From assembly GCF_000354175.2 (NCBI RefSeq), contig NC_022349.1:1740001-1772000 (forward strand): a stretch of 32,000 nt of DNA. The letters are read 5' to 3'. The stretch's first letter is position 1. Each line of letters starts with the position of its first letter. Shown here in pieces: positions 9,623-18,719 of the stretch. The DNA comes from Vibrio alginolyticus NBRC 15630 = ATCC 17749 (lineage in GTDB: Bacteria > Pseudomonadota > Gammaproteobacteria > Enterobacterales > Vibrionaceae). The notes under the pieces were generated by a model. The model saw only the letters and a list, made by a program, of their open reading frames with translations, had not been told where the DNA came from and did not search any database. The position numbers and the translations under genes are program-made.

Positions 9623-9650
9623 AATAGCGGAGAAACGTTTCTCCGCTATT
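9623..9650 (-). terminator. 28-bp perfect palindrome; probable terminator of the M16 protease gene
   Basis: AATAGCGGAGAAAC/GTTTCTCCGCTATT begins 12 nt after the stop at 9662. It is a strong stem, but neither strand has a long U-run after it, so the terminator function is uncertain. Confidence 0.45.
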
Positions 9651-9661
9651 AAATGTGTACT

Positions 9662-12505
9662 CTATCGAATGATTTCAAGCTCTTCTACGTCTTTCCCCAA
9701 CTTTTCTAATTGAGGACGCAACGATTTAGCATCACCAACGACGATAATTTGATAGTCATTTGGATCAAACCATTTCTGAGCCAGCGCATTCAACGTCTGC
9801 TTATCGACTTTTTCTACGATAGCGTTTCTTTGCTGCAAGTAATCATGATCGAGGTTGTACTTAAGAATATCACTGATGAGCTCCGCTTTTTGTGTTGGCG
9901 TTTCATATTTCAGTGCATCTTTTTGACCGACCGCTTGACGCATAAATTTCATCTCTTCATCAGTAATACCTGACTGCGAGTATTCATTTAGCTCATTTTC
10001 CATCTCAATGATCGAAGCAACCGTTGCATCCGCTCGTACTTGCGCGGTGAAAACCACCGAGCCTGTTTCTGGATTACCAGAGAAGTAGCCGTAAGCACCG
10101 TATGTGTAACCCTTGTCTTCACGTAGATTTTGGTTAATGCGGCTATTGAAGTTCCCAGCTAAGTTGAAGTTTGCCAGTTGGCTTAGGTAAAAATCGCCCG
10201 TTGCGTCGTAAGGCATACCTTGACGAACCATCATGACCACACTTTGCGGCGCTCCTGGTTTATCAACAAGATGGATCTTTTGCTCACCTAATGCAGCAAT
10301 GCTTTGCGGTGCATACAATGGCGCAGCTTCATCTTGCCAGTTTTTCCAGAACGTCAGTTGCTGCTCAATTTCCTGTTTATTGATGTCACCAACAACGACG
10401 ATTTGCGCACTTTGTGGCGTGTAATGCTTCGAGTAGAATTCACGGACATCATCCAACGTTAATGCACTGACACCTGCTTGCGTGCCGTCTTTTGGTCGAG
10501 CAAAAACCGAATCCCCATAGAGCACCTGACGACTCGCTTGTGACGCCATCCAACTTGGATTTTGGTGCTCATATACCAGGCCTTCTAGCGCTTGCATTTT
10601 TACACGCTCGAAATCATCTTGATTAAATGCAGGAGACAGCAACATCTCTTCGACAATTTTTAACGTCGGCTCTAAGTTCTTTTCTAGAGCAGAAACACTG
10701 ATGTTTGTTGTATAACCTGTGGCATTAACAGAGATAACACTACCTAGTTTATCAAGCTCAGCTTGAATCTCTTCGACACTGCGTTTCGTTGTACCTTCTT
10801 GCAACATCGCAGCGGTCAATTGGGCAAGACCTTCTTTACCCTTTTCAACAAAACGTGTCCCTGCAGGTAAACTAAATTGCATCATCACCGTCGGCGTTTC
10901 ATCGCTAACTGCACCAAGCAGCTCTGAGCCATTCTTGAAATGTAACTCGTACAGCTCTGGCATCGTCGCTTTCACTGGTTCTCCTACTGGCGGTTGCACT
11001 GAGCGATCGAAGTTATCGGTCGCACGACGATACGCCAATTGGTCATCGGAAATCTTCTCATATTCTGGCAGCGTACGCTTTGGTGTCACAAAGGTCGCAG
11101 GTTTTACGACAAGGTCTGTTTTTCCTTTTGGGACCACGCTTAGGGTCACTTTGTTCTTACCTTGGATAAAGTCCGTATACGCTTTTTCTACCGAAGTCGG
11201 CGTAACTGCACGGATTTGTTCAAGCTGTTGCTCAAGACGATCAGGATCGCCGAAAAATGTCTCGTTGGAAGCCAACTGAGTCACTTTACCTTTAACGCTT
11301 TCTAGCGCAAAAATAGCATCCGCTTCCGCTTTACCCTTCAACTGCTCAAGGCGATCTTCTGTCACGCCTTTTTCCGCAAACTGATTAAGTGATTGTAAAA
11401 GCTCGTCGTACAGTTTTGATAGGTCGCCTTTATCTCCAGAATCACCCATTGCGTAAACGTAAAAGTTACACGCCAGTTCAGCACAATCATGGAATGAACC
11501 AGCATCGACCGCTTTTTGAGTCTTCACTAGGTCTTGATAGAGCACGCTGTTGGTACCGCCCCCCAATACTTCTGATAATGTATCGAGAGACGCTTGGCTT
11601 TCTTCGCCGTTGTAGGTTGTTGGCCACGCGATCATCACCATAGGTTGTTGAATACGATCTTCTAGAGTGATGTATTTGTCTTCTTGCAGTTTTGCAGGTT
11701 GTTTCGGCGCATTTTCAACCTCAGGACCACGAGGAATCGAACCGAAGTACTTATTTACCCACTCTAGAGTTTGTTCAACGTCTAAGTCACCACCGATCGT
11801 GATAGTCGCATTGTTTGGGCCATACCAACGCAAGAAAAACGCTTTGAGGTCGTTCACATCAACACGATCAAGATCTTCAACATAACCAATGGTTTGCCAC
11901 GAATACGGATGACCTTCAGGATATAGCGCTTCGGACATGCGCTCCCAAATCAAGCCATAAGGACGATTATCGTAACGCTGAGCTCGCTCATTTTTTACAG
12001 TCGAACGCTGAATTTCAAATTTGCGTTGAGAAACCGCATCCAACAAAAAGCCCATACGGTCAGACTCTAACCACAGCATTTTCTCGAGCTGGTTAGCAGG
12101 GACAGTTTCAAAGTAGTTAGTACGATCGCGGTTTGTTGTACCATTTAACGTGCCGCCAGCCTCTGTGATGATTCTGAAGTGCTCTTGGTCACCAACGTTC
12201 TCTGAACCTTGGAACATCATGTGCTCAAAGAAATGCGCAAAACCAGACTTACCCACTTCTTCACGAGCTGAACCAACATGGTAAGTCACATCCACATGGA
12301 CCAATGGGTCAGAATCTTCAGGAGCTAAGATCACCGTTAAACCATTATCGAGTTTATACTTTTGGTATGGAATCTTAACTTTGCCTTCTTCAGCTTTCGA
12401 TGACTCAACGAAAGTTACCCCTTTCGGCAGTGATGAAACTGGCGTATTTGATGCACAGCCCGTGATCACCAACAGTGAACACGCGCCAACCCAAAACATC
12501 TTCAT
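9662..12505 (-). CDS. M16 (pitrilysin/insulinase) family zinc metalloprotease, lipoprotein
   Basis: 947 aa. N-terminal lipobox LLVITGC. The inverted zinc motif HFFEH (HxxEH) occurs in the first quarter only, and the second half looks like a repeat of the M16 fold without HxxEH. SD AAGGAAAG lies upstream, overlapping the end of yqaA. Confidence 0.85.
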   Translation of the reverse strand: MKMFWVGACSLLVITGCASNTPVSSLPKGVTFVESSKAEEGKVKIPYQKYKLDNGLTVILAPEDSDPLVHVDVTYHVGSAREEVGKSGFAHFFEHMMFQGSENVGDQEHFRIITEAGGTLNGTTNRDRTNYFETVPANQLEKMLWLESDRMGFLLDAVSQRKFEIQRSTVKNERAQRYDNRPYGLIWERMSEALYPEGHPYSWQTIGYVEDLDRVDVNDLKAFFLRWYGPNNATITIGGDLDVEQTLEWVNKYFGSIPRGPEVENAPKQPAKLQEDKYITLEDRIQQPMVMIAWPTTYNGEESQASLDTLSEVLGGGTNSVLYQDLVKTQKAVDAGSFHDCAELACNFYVYAMGDSGDKGDLSKLYDELLQSLNQFAEKGVTEDRLEQLKGKAEADAIFALESVKGKVTQLASNETFFGDPDRLEQQLEQIRAVTPTSVEKAYTDFIQGKNKVTLSVVPKGKTDLVVKPATFVTPKRTLPEYEKISDDQLAYRRATDNFDRSVQPPVGEPVKATMPELYELHFKNGSELLGAVSDETPTVMMQFSLPAGTRFVEKGKEGLAQLTAAMLQEGTTKRSVEEIQAELDKLGSVISVNATGYTTNISVSALEKNLEPTLKIVEEMLLSPAFNQDDFERVKMQALEGLVYEHQNPSWMASQASRQVLYGDSVFARPKDGTQAGVSALTLDDVREFYSKHYTPQSAQIVVVGDINKQEIEQQLTFWKNWQDEAAPLYAPQSIAALGEQKIHLVDKPGAPQSVVMMVRQGMPYDATGDFYLSQLANFNLAGNFNSRINQNLREDKGYTYGAYGYFSGNPETGSVVFTAQVRADATVASIIEMENELNEYSQSGITDEEMKFMRQAVGQKDALKYETPTQKAELISDILKYNLDHDYLQQRNAIVEKVDKQTLNALAQKWFDPNDYQIIVVGDAKSLRPQLEKLGKDVEELEIIR

Positions 12506-12514
12506 GTACTTTCC

Positions 12515-12976
12515 TTAAAATAATCCGAGATAGATGGCCGCAAGTAAGCTATACCTAGCAGCCTTTCCTAAAAATATTAAAATCACGCAAGGCAGAAACT
12601 TCATTCTTAGCCACCCTGCGGCTAAACACAGCGGGTCTCCAATTACAGGTAACCAGCTAAAAAATAATCCCCAATAGCCATACTTAGAGAGCCACTTTAA
12701 TGCGGTATGACCGTGCTTTTCCTCTTGTGCTTTGTTGGGAATCCACAAGCCAAGCCAATAATTTGTTAAGCCACCAAGCGTATTACCGATAGTAGCGACC
12801 ATAACAATTGAAGAAACGGAGTATTGATTTAATGAGAGAGTGGCAACTAAGCCCGCCTCAGAACCACCAGGCAACAACGTGGCACTGAGAAAACCGGTCA
12901 TGAAAAGCACCCATAATGCTGAATCTGAAAACCAAAGCGCTAAACTTTCAAAACTCGTGTTAAATGCTTCTAGCAT
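12515..12976 (-). CDS. yqaA: YqaA-family (DedA-related) inner-membrane protein
   Basis: 153 aa, colinear with E. coli YqaA (SATLLPGGSE, GNTLGGLTNYWLG, WLPVIGDPLCLAAGWLR). Its ATG overlaps the upstream stop (ATGCTAG, 7-nt overlap). Confidence 0.85.
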   Translation of the reverse strand: MLEAFNTSFESLALWFSDSALWVLFMTGFLSATLLPGGSEAGLVATLSLNQYSVSSIVMVATIGNTLGGLTNYWLGLWIPNKAQEEKHGHTALKWLSKYGYWGLFFSWLPVIGDPLCLAAGWLRMKFLPCVILIFLGKAARYSLLAAIYLGLF

Positions 12977-13920
12977 GTCATATCAAGCAACACCTTGCCT
13001 CTGGTTCTTCCTGATTCGACCTGCTGGTGAGCACCAATGACATCACTCATAGGATAAACCTGTTGAATTTCAGTCTTCAGTAAGCCAACGCCGACCATAT
13101 ACAACAAGGTATCTAACTGCGCAGGGTCTGGTTCAACCAACATGCCACTAGCCTCAAAGCCTAGGAGTTTGGCTTTTTCACAAATCAGCTCAGCTGTGAT
13201 GGTTGGAACGGTGATGACTCTCGCATTGTCTTTCAGGCATTTAAGCGCATCTAACGCAGCATCTCCGCCTACTAAATCAATCAAAACATCAACATCTTCA
13301 ACACGTTCTGACACTGGTGCAAATTGATAGTTCACTGCATGAGCACCGAGCGTCGCAAGGTAATCTAAATTTCGTTCACTGCAGGTTGTAAAGACTTCCG
13401 CTTTCGTCGCGATCGCAATTTGTACCGCGAGGTGTCCAACACCACCGGCACCAGCGAGGATAAGTACGCGATCGTTTTCCGTCACATTAGCCTTACTGAG
13501 AGCTTGTGCCGCAGTTTGTCCCGCCAACGGTAATGCAGCAGCTGCCTCTAAAGTGACAGAGCTAGGAACATGACTTAACTCAGTTTCTGGAACACATATG
13601 TATTGACTGTAACCACCGCCTCGAACTGGGAAACCAATAAATCCAGCCACCTCATCACCTTCATTAAAACGTGATGCCCCCTCTCCACAAGACATCACTT
13701 TTCCTGAGATGTCGTAACCTGGCACCCAAGGTAAATTATCCTTATTCTGCGCTGCCGCCCAACCGAGCCCAGCTCGAGTTTTGACATCAATAGGATTTAC
13801 GCCTGAAAAAGCGACTTTTACTAAGGCTTCACCAGGCTGTGGTGATGGTGTAGAAGCATGTTGAATCGCGAGTACGTTGGCATCACCAAACTCAGTGATA
13901 ACGATCTGTTTGTGTTCCAT
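12970..13920 (-). CDS. Zinc-type alcohol dehydrogenase / NADPH:quinone oxidoreductase family protein
   Basis: MDR-superfamily layout with the NAD(P) fingerprint LILAGAGGVGHLAVQIA. I place the start at ATG 13920 (MEHKQIVITEFGD...), not 13962, because the ORF-track extension runs through the oad-operon terminator hairpin (13945-13968). Confidence 0.85.
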   Translation of the reverse strand: MEHKQIVITEFGDANVLAIQHASTPSPQPGEALVKVAFSGVNPIDVKTRAGLGWAAAQNKDNLPWVPGYDISGKVMSCGEGASRFNEGDEVAGFIGFPVRGGGYSQYICVPETELSHVPSSVTLEAAAALPLAGQTAAQALSKANVTENDRVLILAGAGGVGHLAVQIAIATKAEVFTTCSERNLDYLATLGAHAVNYQFAPVSERVEDVDVLIDLVGGDAALDALKCLKDNARVITVPTITAELICEKAKLLGFEASGMLVEPDPAQLDTLLYMVGVGLLKTEIQQVYPMSDVIGAHQQVESGRTRGKVLLDMTC

Positions 13921-13939
13921 AAACCATTCCCTGCAAGAA

Positions 13940-13968
13940 AACAAAAAGGGATGCGAAAGCATCCCTTT
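13940..13968 (-). terminator. Rho-independent terminator of the oadGAB operon
   Basis: AAAGGGATGC-TTTC-GCATCCCTTT (10-bp stem) is followed on the minus strand by TTGTTTTCTTGC. It lies 76 nt after the oadB stop. Confidence 0.8.
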
Positions 13969-14043
13969 GACTATAAACCATTTTGTTAACCTAAGTTAAT
14001 CGTGATTTTGTAAATTGGTTGATCATTCCATTTTCAATAATGT

Positions 14044-15174
14044 CTAACCAACAAGTGCTAACAATATACCAGCCGCAACGGCTGAACCCAGCACACCAGC
14101 AACGTTTGGTCCCATCGCATGCATTAACAAGAAGTTTTGCGGGTTAGCTTGTAAACCAACTTTGTTTACGACTCGCGCGGCCATTGGTACCGCAGAAACG
14201 CCAGCCGCACCAATAAGTGGGTTGATGTCTTCTTTCGAGAACTTGTTAAGCAGTTTCGCCATCAGGACGCCCGCACCAGTACCGATACTAAATGCAACTG
14301 CGCCTAACCCCAAGATACCTAACGTTTCTAGGTTCAAGAACTGCTCAGCTTGCAGCTTAGAACCAACACCAAGACCTAAAAAGATAGTCACTATGTTGAT
14401 CAATTCATTTTGAGCAGTTTTCGATAAACGATCGACCACACCAGCTTCACGCATCAAGTTACCCAAACAGAACATACCAACCAATGGCGTAGCTGAAGGT
14501 AAGAACAGAATCGTCATCAGTAATACAGCAAGCGGGAAGATGACTTTCTCCCATTTACCAACATGACGAAGCTGAGCCATCTTGATTTGACGCTCTTCCT
14601 TGGTTGTCAGTGCTTTCATGATTGGTGGCTGGATGATCGGCACCAATGCCATATAGCTGTATGCCGCTACTGCAATCGCACCTAGCAGATCTGGAGAGAG
14701 CTTACTTGCTAAGAAAATCGCTGTTGGCCCATCAGCACCACCGATGATCGCGATAGACGATGCATCCGCCATGGAAAACTCCATGCCAGGTACATAGTTG
14801 AGTAAAATAGCGCCAAACAGTGTTGCAAAAATACCAAACTGCGCAGCCGCACCTAACCACAACGTTTTTGGGTTTGCGATCAAAGCACCAAAGTCGGTCA
14901 TCGCGCCCACACCCATGAAGATCAATAGCGGGAACACACCCGATTCAATCCCAATGTAGTAAACGTAGTAGAGCAAGCCACCAGGCTCAGTAAAGCCAGC
15001 ATTTGGAATATTCGCCAAAATAGCACCGAAACCAATCGGCAATAACAGTAAAGGTTCAAATCCTTTTTTAATTGCCAAAAACAGCAAGGTACAACCAACC
15101 AGCATCATACAGATTTGGCCGAACTCGAAGTTAGCGATCCCTGTTTCTGCCCAAAGGGTTAACAATCCGTCCAT
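14044..15174 (-). CDS. oadB: Oxaloacetate decarboxylase (Na+-pumping) beta subunit
   Basis: 376-aa polytopic membrane protein of the Na+-transporting decarboxylase beta family. It lies directly downstream of oadA (9-nt gap). Confidence 0.92.
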   Translation of the reverse strand: MDGLLTLWAETGIANFEFGQICMMLVGCTLLFLAIKKGFEPLLLLPIGFGAILANIPNAGFTEPGGLLYYVYYIGIESGVFPLLIFMGVGAMTDFGALIANPKTLWLGAAAQFGIFATLFGAILLNYVPGMEFSMADASSIAIIGGADGPTAIFLASKLSPDLLGAIAVAAYSYMALVPIIQPPIMKALTTKEERQIKMAQLRHVGKWEKVIFPLAVLLMTILFLPSATPLVGMFCLGNLMREAGVVDRLSKTAQNELINIVTIFLGLGVGSKLQAEQFLNLETLGILGLGAVAFSIGTGAGVLMAKLLNKFSKEDINPLIGAAGVSAVPMAARVVNKVGLQANPQNFLLMHAMGPNVAGVLGSAVAAGILLALVG

Positions 15175-15183
15175 GATACTCCC

Positions 15184-16968
15184 TTACGCCAGGCTCAACA
15201 GAGGCGCACCTACTGTGACAGCATCGCCTTCTTTAACGTTCAGCTCTTGAACCACACCACCACGCGCCGCTCGTACTTCAGTTTCCATTTTCATCGCTTC
15301 AAGGATGAGCAATACATCGCCTTCAGCTACCTCAGCACCAGGTTGAACATTCACTTTGAAGATGTTACCTGCAAGAGGAGCAGGTACCGCTTCTGCTGAA
15401 GCATTAGAAGGTGCGCTAGGTGTAGCCGATTTTGCCGGTGCATTAGAAGGAGCAACAGATGTCAGTTCACCTTGAGGGCCAACTTCCACCTCATACACCT
15501 GCCCGTCAACACGTACACTATAAGTTTCTACACCACCAGTTGCTGGTTGAGCTACAGGTACAGCAGGCTTCTCAGCTTCTAGCGTTGGTGCAGGCTCAAA
15601 TGCTTCTGGGTTTTCACGATTCTTAAGGAACTTAAGCCCAACTTGAGGGAAAAGTGCATAAGTGAGTACGTCATCAACACGCTCACTTGCTAGCTTAATG
15701 CCTTCTGATTTCGCTTTCTCCATCAGATCAACCGTAAGCGTCTCCATTTCAGGCTCAAGTAAATCGGCAGGACGACAGGTAATTGGCTCTTTACCATCAA
15801 GCACTTTCGCTTGCAGTTCTGCATTTAACTCGGCTGGCGCTTGACCGTACTCACCTTTCAATAGGCCAGCGGTTTCCTTGGTAATACTCTTATAGCGCTC
15901 GCCAGTAAGCACGTTAATCACCGCTTGAGTACCGACGATCTGTGAAGTTGGAGTCACCAATGGAATGAAACCAAGATCTTCACGTACACGAGGGATCTCT
16001 TCTAATACTTCATCAATGCGATCCGCAGCACCCTGCTCTTTCAACTGGCCTTCCATATTGGTCAGCATACCACCAGGCACTTGAGCAATCAGGATGCGTG
16101 AATCGACTCCTTTTAACTGGCCTTCCCACTTCGCATACTTCTTACGTACCTCACGGAAATATGCGGCGATAGGTTCCAGTTGCTCGAGTTTCAAATTGGT
16201 ATCTCGCTCGGTGCCTTCTAGCATAGCGACTACCGTTTCAGTCGGTGTATGACCGTAAGTACAACTCATTGAAGAAATCGCAGTATCGAGAATATCAATA
16301 CCGGCTTCGACTGCTTTTACCGCTGTTGCTGTAGACAGCCCCGTTGTTGCATGACAATGAAGTGCCAATGGCACATCACAAGACGCTTTGATACGCGTGA
16401 TAAGCTCTTCCGCTTCATAAGGCTTAAGTAAGCCAGACATATCTTTAATACACAGCGAGTGACAACCTAAATCCTCTAGGCGTTTTGCCAAGTCAACCCA
16501 AGTGTCTGCGTTATGCACTGGGCTCGTAGTGTAAGACAACGTACCTTGAGCATGCGCACCAACATCAACCGTTGCTTTAACGGCTTTCTGGAAGTTTCGC
16601 ACGTCATTCATTGCATCAAAAATACGGAATACATCCATGCCGTTAGCATGCGCGCGTTCAACAAACTTCTCTACTACGTCGTCGGCATAATGGCGGTATC
16701 CTAAAAGGTTTTGACCACGCAGTAGCATTTGCATTGGTGTATTAGGCATCGCTTTTTTTAGTTCACGTAAACGCTCCCAAGGGTCTTCTCCTAAGAATCG
16801 AATACAAGAATCAAATGTTGCACCACCCCAAGTCTCTAGAGACCAGTAACCAACCTTATCCAACTCAGCTGCGATAGGCAGCATATCCTCAATACGCATA
16901 CGCGTAGCAAATAGTGATTGATGGGCATCACGAAGGACCACATCAGTAATAGCTAGTGGTTTAGACAT
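15184..16968 (-). CDS. oadA: Oxaloacetate decarboxylase alpha subunit (carboxyltransferase + biotinyl domain)
   Basis: 594 aa. N-terminal carboxyltransferase domain ([13 protein letters not shown]...), a Pro/Ala-rich linker, and a C-terminal biotinyl domain with EAMKMETE. Confidence 0.95.
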   Translation of the reverse strand: MSKPLAITDVVLRDAHQSLFATRMRIEDMLPIAAELDKVGYWSLETWGGATFDSCIRFLGEDPWERLRELKKAMPNTPMQMLLRGQNLLGYRHYADDVVEKFVERAHANGMDVFRIFDAMNDVRNFQKAVKATVDVGAHAQGTLSYTTSPVHNADTWVDLAKRLEDLGCHSLCIKDMSGLLKPYEAEELITRIKASCDVPLALHCHATTGLSTATAVKAVEAGIDILDTAISSMSCTYGHTPTETVVAMLEGTERDTNLKLEQLEPIAAYFREVRKKYAKWEGQLKGVDSRILIAQVPGGMLTNMEGQLKEQGAADRIDEVLEEIPRVREDLGFIPLVTPTSQIVGTQAVINVLTGERYKSITKETAGLLKGEYGQAPAELNAELQAKVLDGKEPITCRPADLLEPEMETLTVDLMEKAKSEGIKLASERVDDVLTYALFPQVGLKFLKNRENPEAFEPAPTLEAEKPAVPVAQPATGGVETYSVRVDGQVYEVEVGPQGELTSVAPSNAPAKSATPSAPSNASAEAVPAPLAGNIFKVNVQPGAEVAEGDVLLILEAMKMETEVRAARGGVVQELNVKEGDAVTVGAPLLSLA

Positions 16969-16999
16969 GCTCTTAAACTCCTTTTTAATCCTAGTTCGG

Positions 17000-17257
17000 C
17001 TACTTCGCGAATGAGGCGCGATGTTTATGAATCGCAGCCGAGATCGCCGCCACTACTTGTGGACTAACAGCTGAAGAGGTTGATTGAATATTAGTGTTTG
17101 TTTTTGGTGCTGCGATCGGCTCTGGTACTTCTTCTGGTACCAATTTCGACATTAACCGAACGAGATAAACAAGAATAGTGAGGAAAATAAATACGACCGC
17201 CATCCCCGTTAGCATCAGGGTGGCCGCATCTACTAGCAGGCTTCCTATATTAGTCAT
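17000..17257 (-). CDS. oadG: Oxaloacetate decarboxylase gamma subunit
   Basis: Small single-TM protein ([20 protein letters not shown]) upstream of oadA. I prefer the ATG at 17257 (85 aa; AGGAAG 6 nt upstream) over the ORF-track start at 17278. Confidence 0.85.
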   Translation of the reverse strand: MTNIGSLLVDAATLMLTGMAVVFIFLTILVYLVRLMSKLVPEEVPEPIAAPKTNTNIQSTSSAVSPQVVAAISAAIHKHRASFAK

Positions 17258-17324
17258 GTTGCTTCCTTTCTTTGTCATCCTGACAACGTGCAGGACTTTA
17301 ATAGTGTCAAATCCCGACCCATGG

Positions 17325-17352
17325 ATTATCTCGATTGGTTAAATTTTGTCAA
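17325..17352 (-). promoter_or_regulatory. Candidate sigma70 promoter for oadGAB
   Basis: On the minus strand: TTGACA (17352-17347), a 16-nt spacer, then GATAAT (17330-17325), about 70 nt upstream of the oadG ATG. This is a motif match only. Confidence 0.4.
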
Positions 17353-17773
17353 TTTTGTTTAAGGAAGGTTTGTAGTAATCCTGATAAATGATTATTTATT
17401 CACTACACAGATCACAGTTCATGACAAAATAATCACTTCAAATCGCTATCACCTTACGAACAGAGTAAAGGAGGACATAAATAAAAACTGCGATTTAGAT
17501 TTCAAAATCAAATCGGTACTCACGCAGTAAAAACCAACAAAAACAAAAAGATGAATAAAATTAACAATTAATAAACAAATAAAAAACAAAGTAACTACAT
17601 GAGAGTAATTGAAATGAAAAATGGAAGTCAGTGTATAGGAGGGATAATCAGGATGATTTCACACGATGCGACAGAAGCTTGATAGCAAATTGCTTAGATA
17701 CGCACATATTCGCTTTTAAAAAAGAGGAACATAGGCTCTAGTGATCCTACGCCATATTTCAGATGTCTAGATA

Positions 17774-17799
17774 CAAAAAAGCCTCGCAATTGCGAGGCT
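17774..17799 (-). terminator. Rho-independent terminator of the tRNA operon
   Basis: AGCCTCGC-AATT-GCGAGGCT (8-bp GC-rich stem) is followed on the minus strand by TTTTTTGT. It lies 11 nt past the last tRNA-Arg. Confidence 0.85.
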
Positions 17800-17810
17800 G
17801 TTTCAATGAG

Positions 17811-17887
17811 TGGCGCGTCCTGGAGGATTCGAACCTCCGACCGCCTGGTTCGTAGCCAGGTACTCTATCCAGCTGAGCTAAGGACGC
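17811..17887 (-). tRNA. tRNA-Arg (anticodon ACG), copy 1 (last transcribed)
   Basis: The reverse complement GCGTCCTTAGCTCAGCTGGATAGAGTACCTGGCTACGAACCAGGCGGTCGGAGGTTCGAATCCTCCAGGACGCGCCA is 77 nt. Cloverleaf: acceptor GCGTCCT/AGGACGC, anticodon arm CCTGG-CTACGAA-CCAGG, T arm GGAGG-TTCGAAT-CCTCC, encoded CCA. It is close to E. coli argQ/V/Y/Z. Confidence 0.97.
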
Positions 17888-17939
17888 GCAGTTTTCGATA
17901 TCGACTTTCGTCAACATCAGGGCATTACCCTGCAATAAG

Positions 17940-18016
17940 TGGCGCGTCCTGGAGGATTCGAACCTCCGACCGCCTGGTTCGTAGCCAGGTACTCTATCCA
18001 GCTGAGCTAAGGACGC
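17940..18016 (-). tRNA. tRNA-Arg (ACG), copy 2
   Basis: Identical 77-nt sequence to copy 1. Confidence 0.97.
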
Positions 18017-18069
18017 GCAAGTTTTCGATATCGACTTTCGTCAACATCAGGGCATTACCCTTTAATAAG

Positions 18070-18146
18070 TGGCGCGTCCTGGAGGATTCGAACCTCCGAC
18101 CGCCTGGTTCGTAGCCAGGTACTCTATCCAGCTGAGCTAAGGACGC
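18070..18146 (-). tRNA. tRNA-Arg (ACG), copy 3
   Basis: Identical 77-nt sequence to copy 1. Confidence 0.97.
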
Positions 18147-18198
18147 GCAGTTTTCGATATCGACTTTCGTCAATATCAGGGCATTACCCTTCAATAAG

Positions 18199-18275
18199 TG
18201 GCGCGTCCTGGAGGATTCGAACCTCCGACCGCCTGGTTCGTAGCCAGGTACTCTATCCAGCTGAGCTAAGGACGC
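18199..18275 (-). tRNA. tRNA-Arg (ACG), copy 4
   Basis: Identical 77-nt sequence to copy 1. Confidence 0.97.
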
Positions 18276-18328
18276 GCAAGTTTTCGATATCGACTTTCGT
18301 CAACATCAGGGCATTACCCTTTAATAAG

Positions 18329-18405
18329 TGGCGCGTCCTGGAGGATTCGAACCTCCGACCGCCTGGTTCGTAGCCAGGTACTCTATCCAGCTGAGCTAAG
18401 GACGC
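18329..18405 (-). tRNA. tRNA-Arg (ACG), copy 5
   Basis: Identical 77-nt sequence to copy 1. Confidence 0.97.
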
Positions 18406-18490
18406 GCAGATCTTCTTGCTAAGAAGTTGTGAAGTAAATCACATTCATTTCTTACGAAACAAAAAAAAGGCCATCGGGCCAGTCAATGAA

Positions 18491-18582
18491 TGGCGGTGAA
18501 GGAGGGATTCGAACCCTCGATACGGGATAAACCGTATACTCCCTTAGCAGGGGAGCGCCTTCAGCCTCTCGGCCACCTCACC
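18491..18582 (-). tRNA. tRNA-Ser (anticodon GCU), copy 1
   Basis: The reverse complement GGTGAGGTGGCCGAGAGGCTGAAGGCGCTCCCCTGCTAAGGGAGTATACGGTTTATCCCGTATCGAGGGTTCGAATCCCTCCTTCACCGCCA is 92 nt. It has the anticodon arm CTCCC-CTGCTAA-GGGAG, a long variable arm and an encoded CCA, and is close to E. coli serV. Confidence 0.96.
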
Positions 18583-18611
18583 GTTTTCATTGTTATATCT
18601 CAGAAGAGATA

Positions 18612-18688
18612 TGGCGCGTCCTGGAGGATTCGAACCTCCGACCGCCTGGTTCGTAGCCAGGTACTCTATCCAGCTGAGCTAAGGACGC
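18612..18688 (-). tRNA. tRNA-Arg (ACG), copy 6
   Basis: Identical 77-nt sequence to copy 1, flanked by the two tRNA-Ser genes. Confidence 0.97.
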
Positions 18689-18719
18689 ACTTTTTGTTGA
18701 TAAATCAACGTTGCAAGAA

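Noticed and set aside
17599-17682. Small plus-strand ORFs in the A/T-rich gap: a 27-aa MRVIEMKNGSQCIGGIIRMISHDATEA, and a nested 9-aa ORF preceded by GGAGGG
   Set aside because: They are very short, have no downstream gene on that strand to regulate, and have no terminator or promoter pairing. There is not enough evidence to call a coding or leader peptide.
17811-18405. Regular 129/130-nt periodicity that superficially resembles a CRISPR array
   Set aside because: The repeats are 77-nt canonical tRNA-Arg genes, not 25-40-nt CRISPR repeats. The spacers are nearly identical to each other instead of unique, and no cas genes are present.
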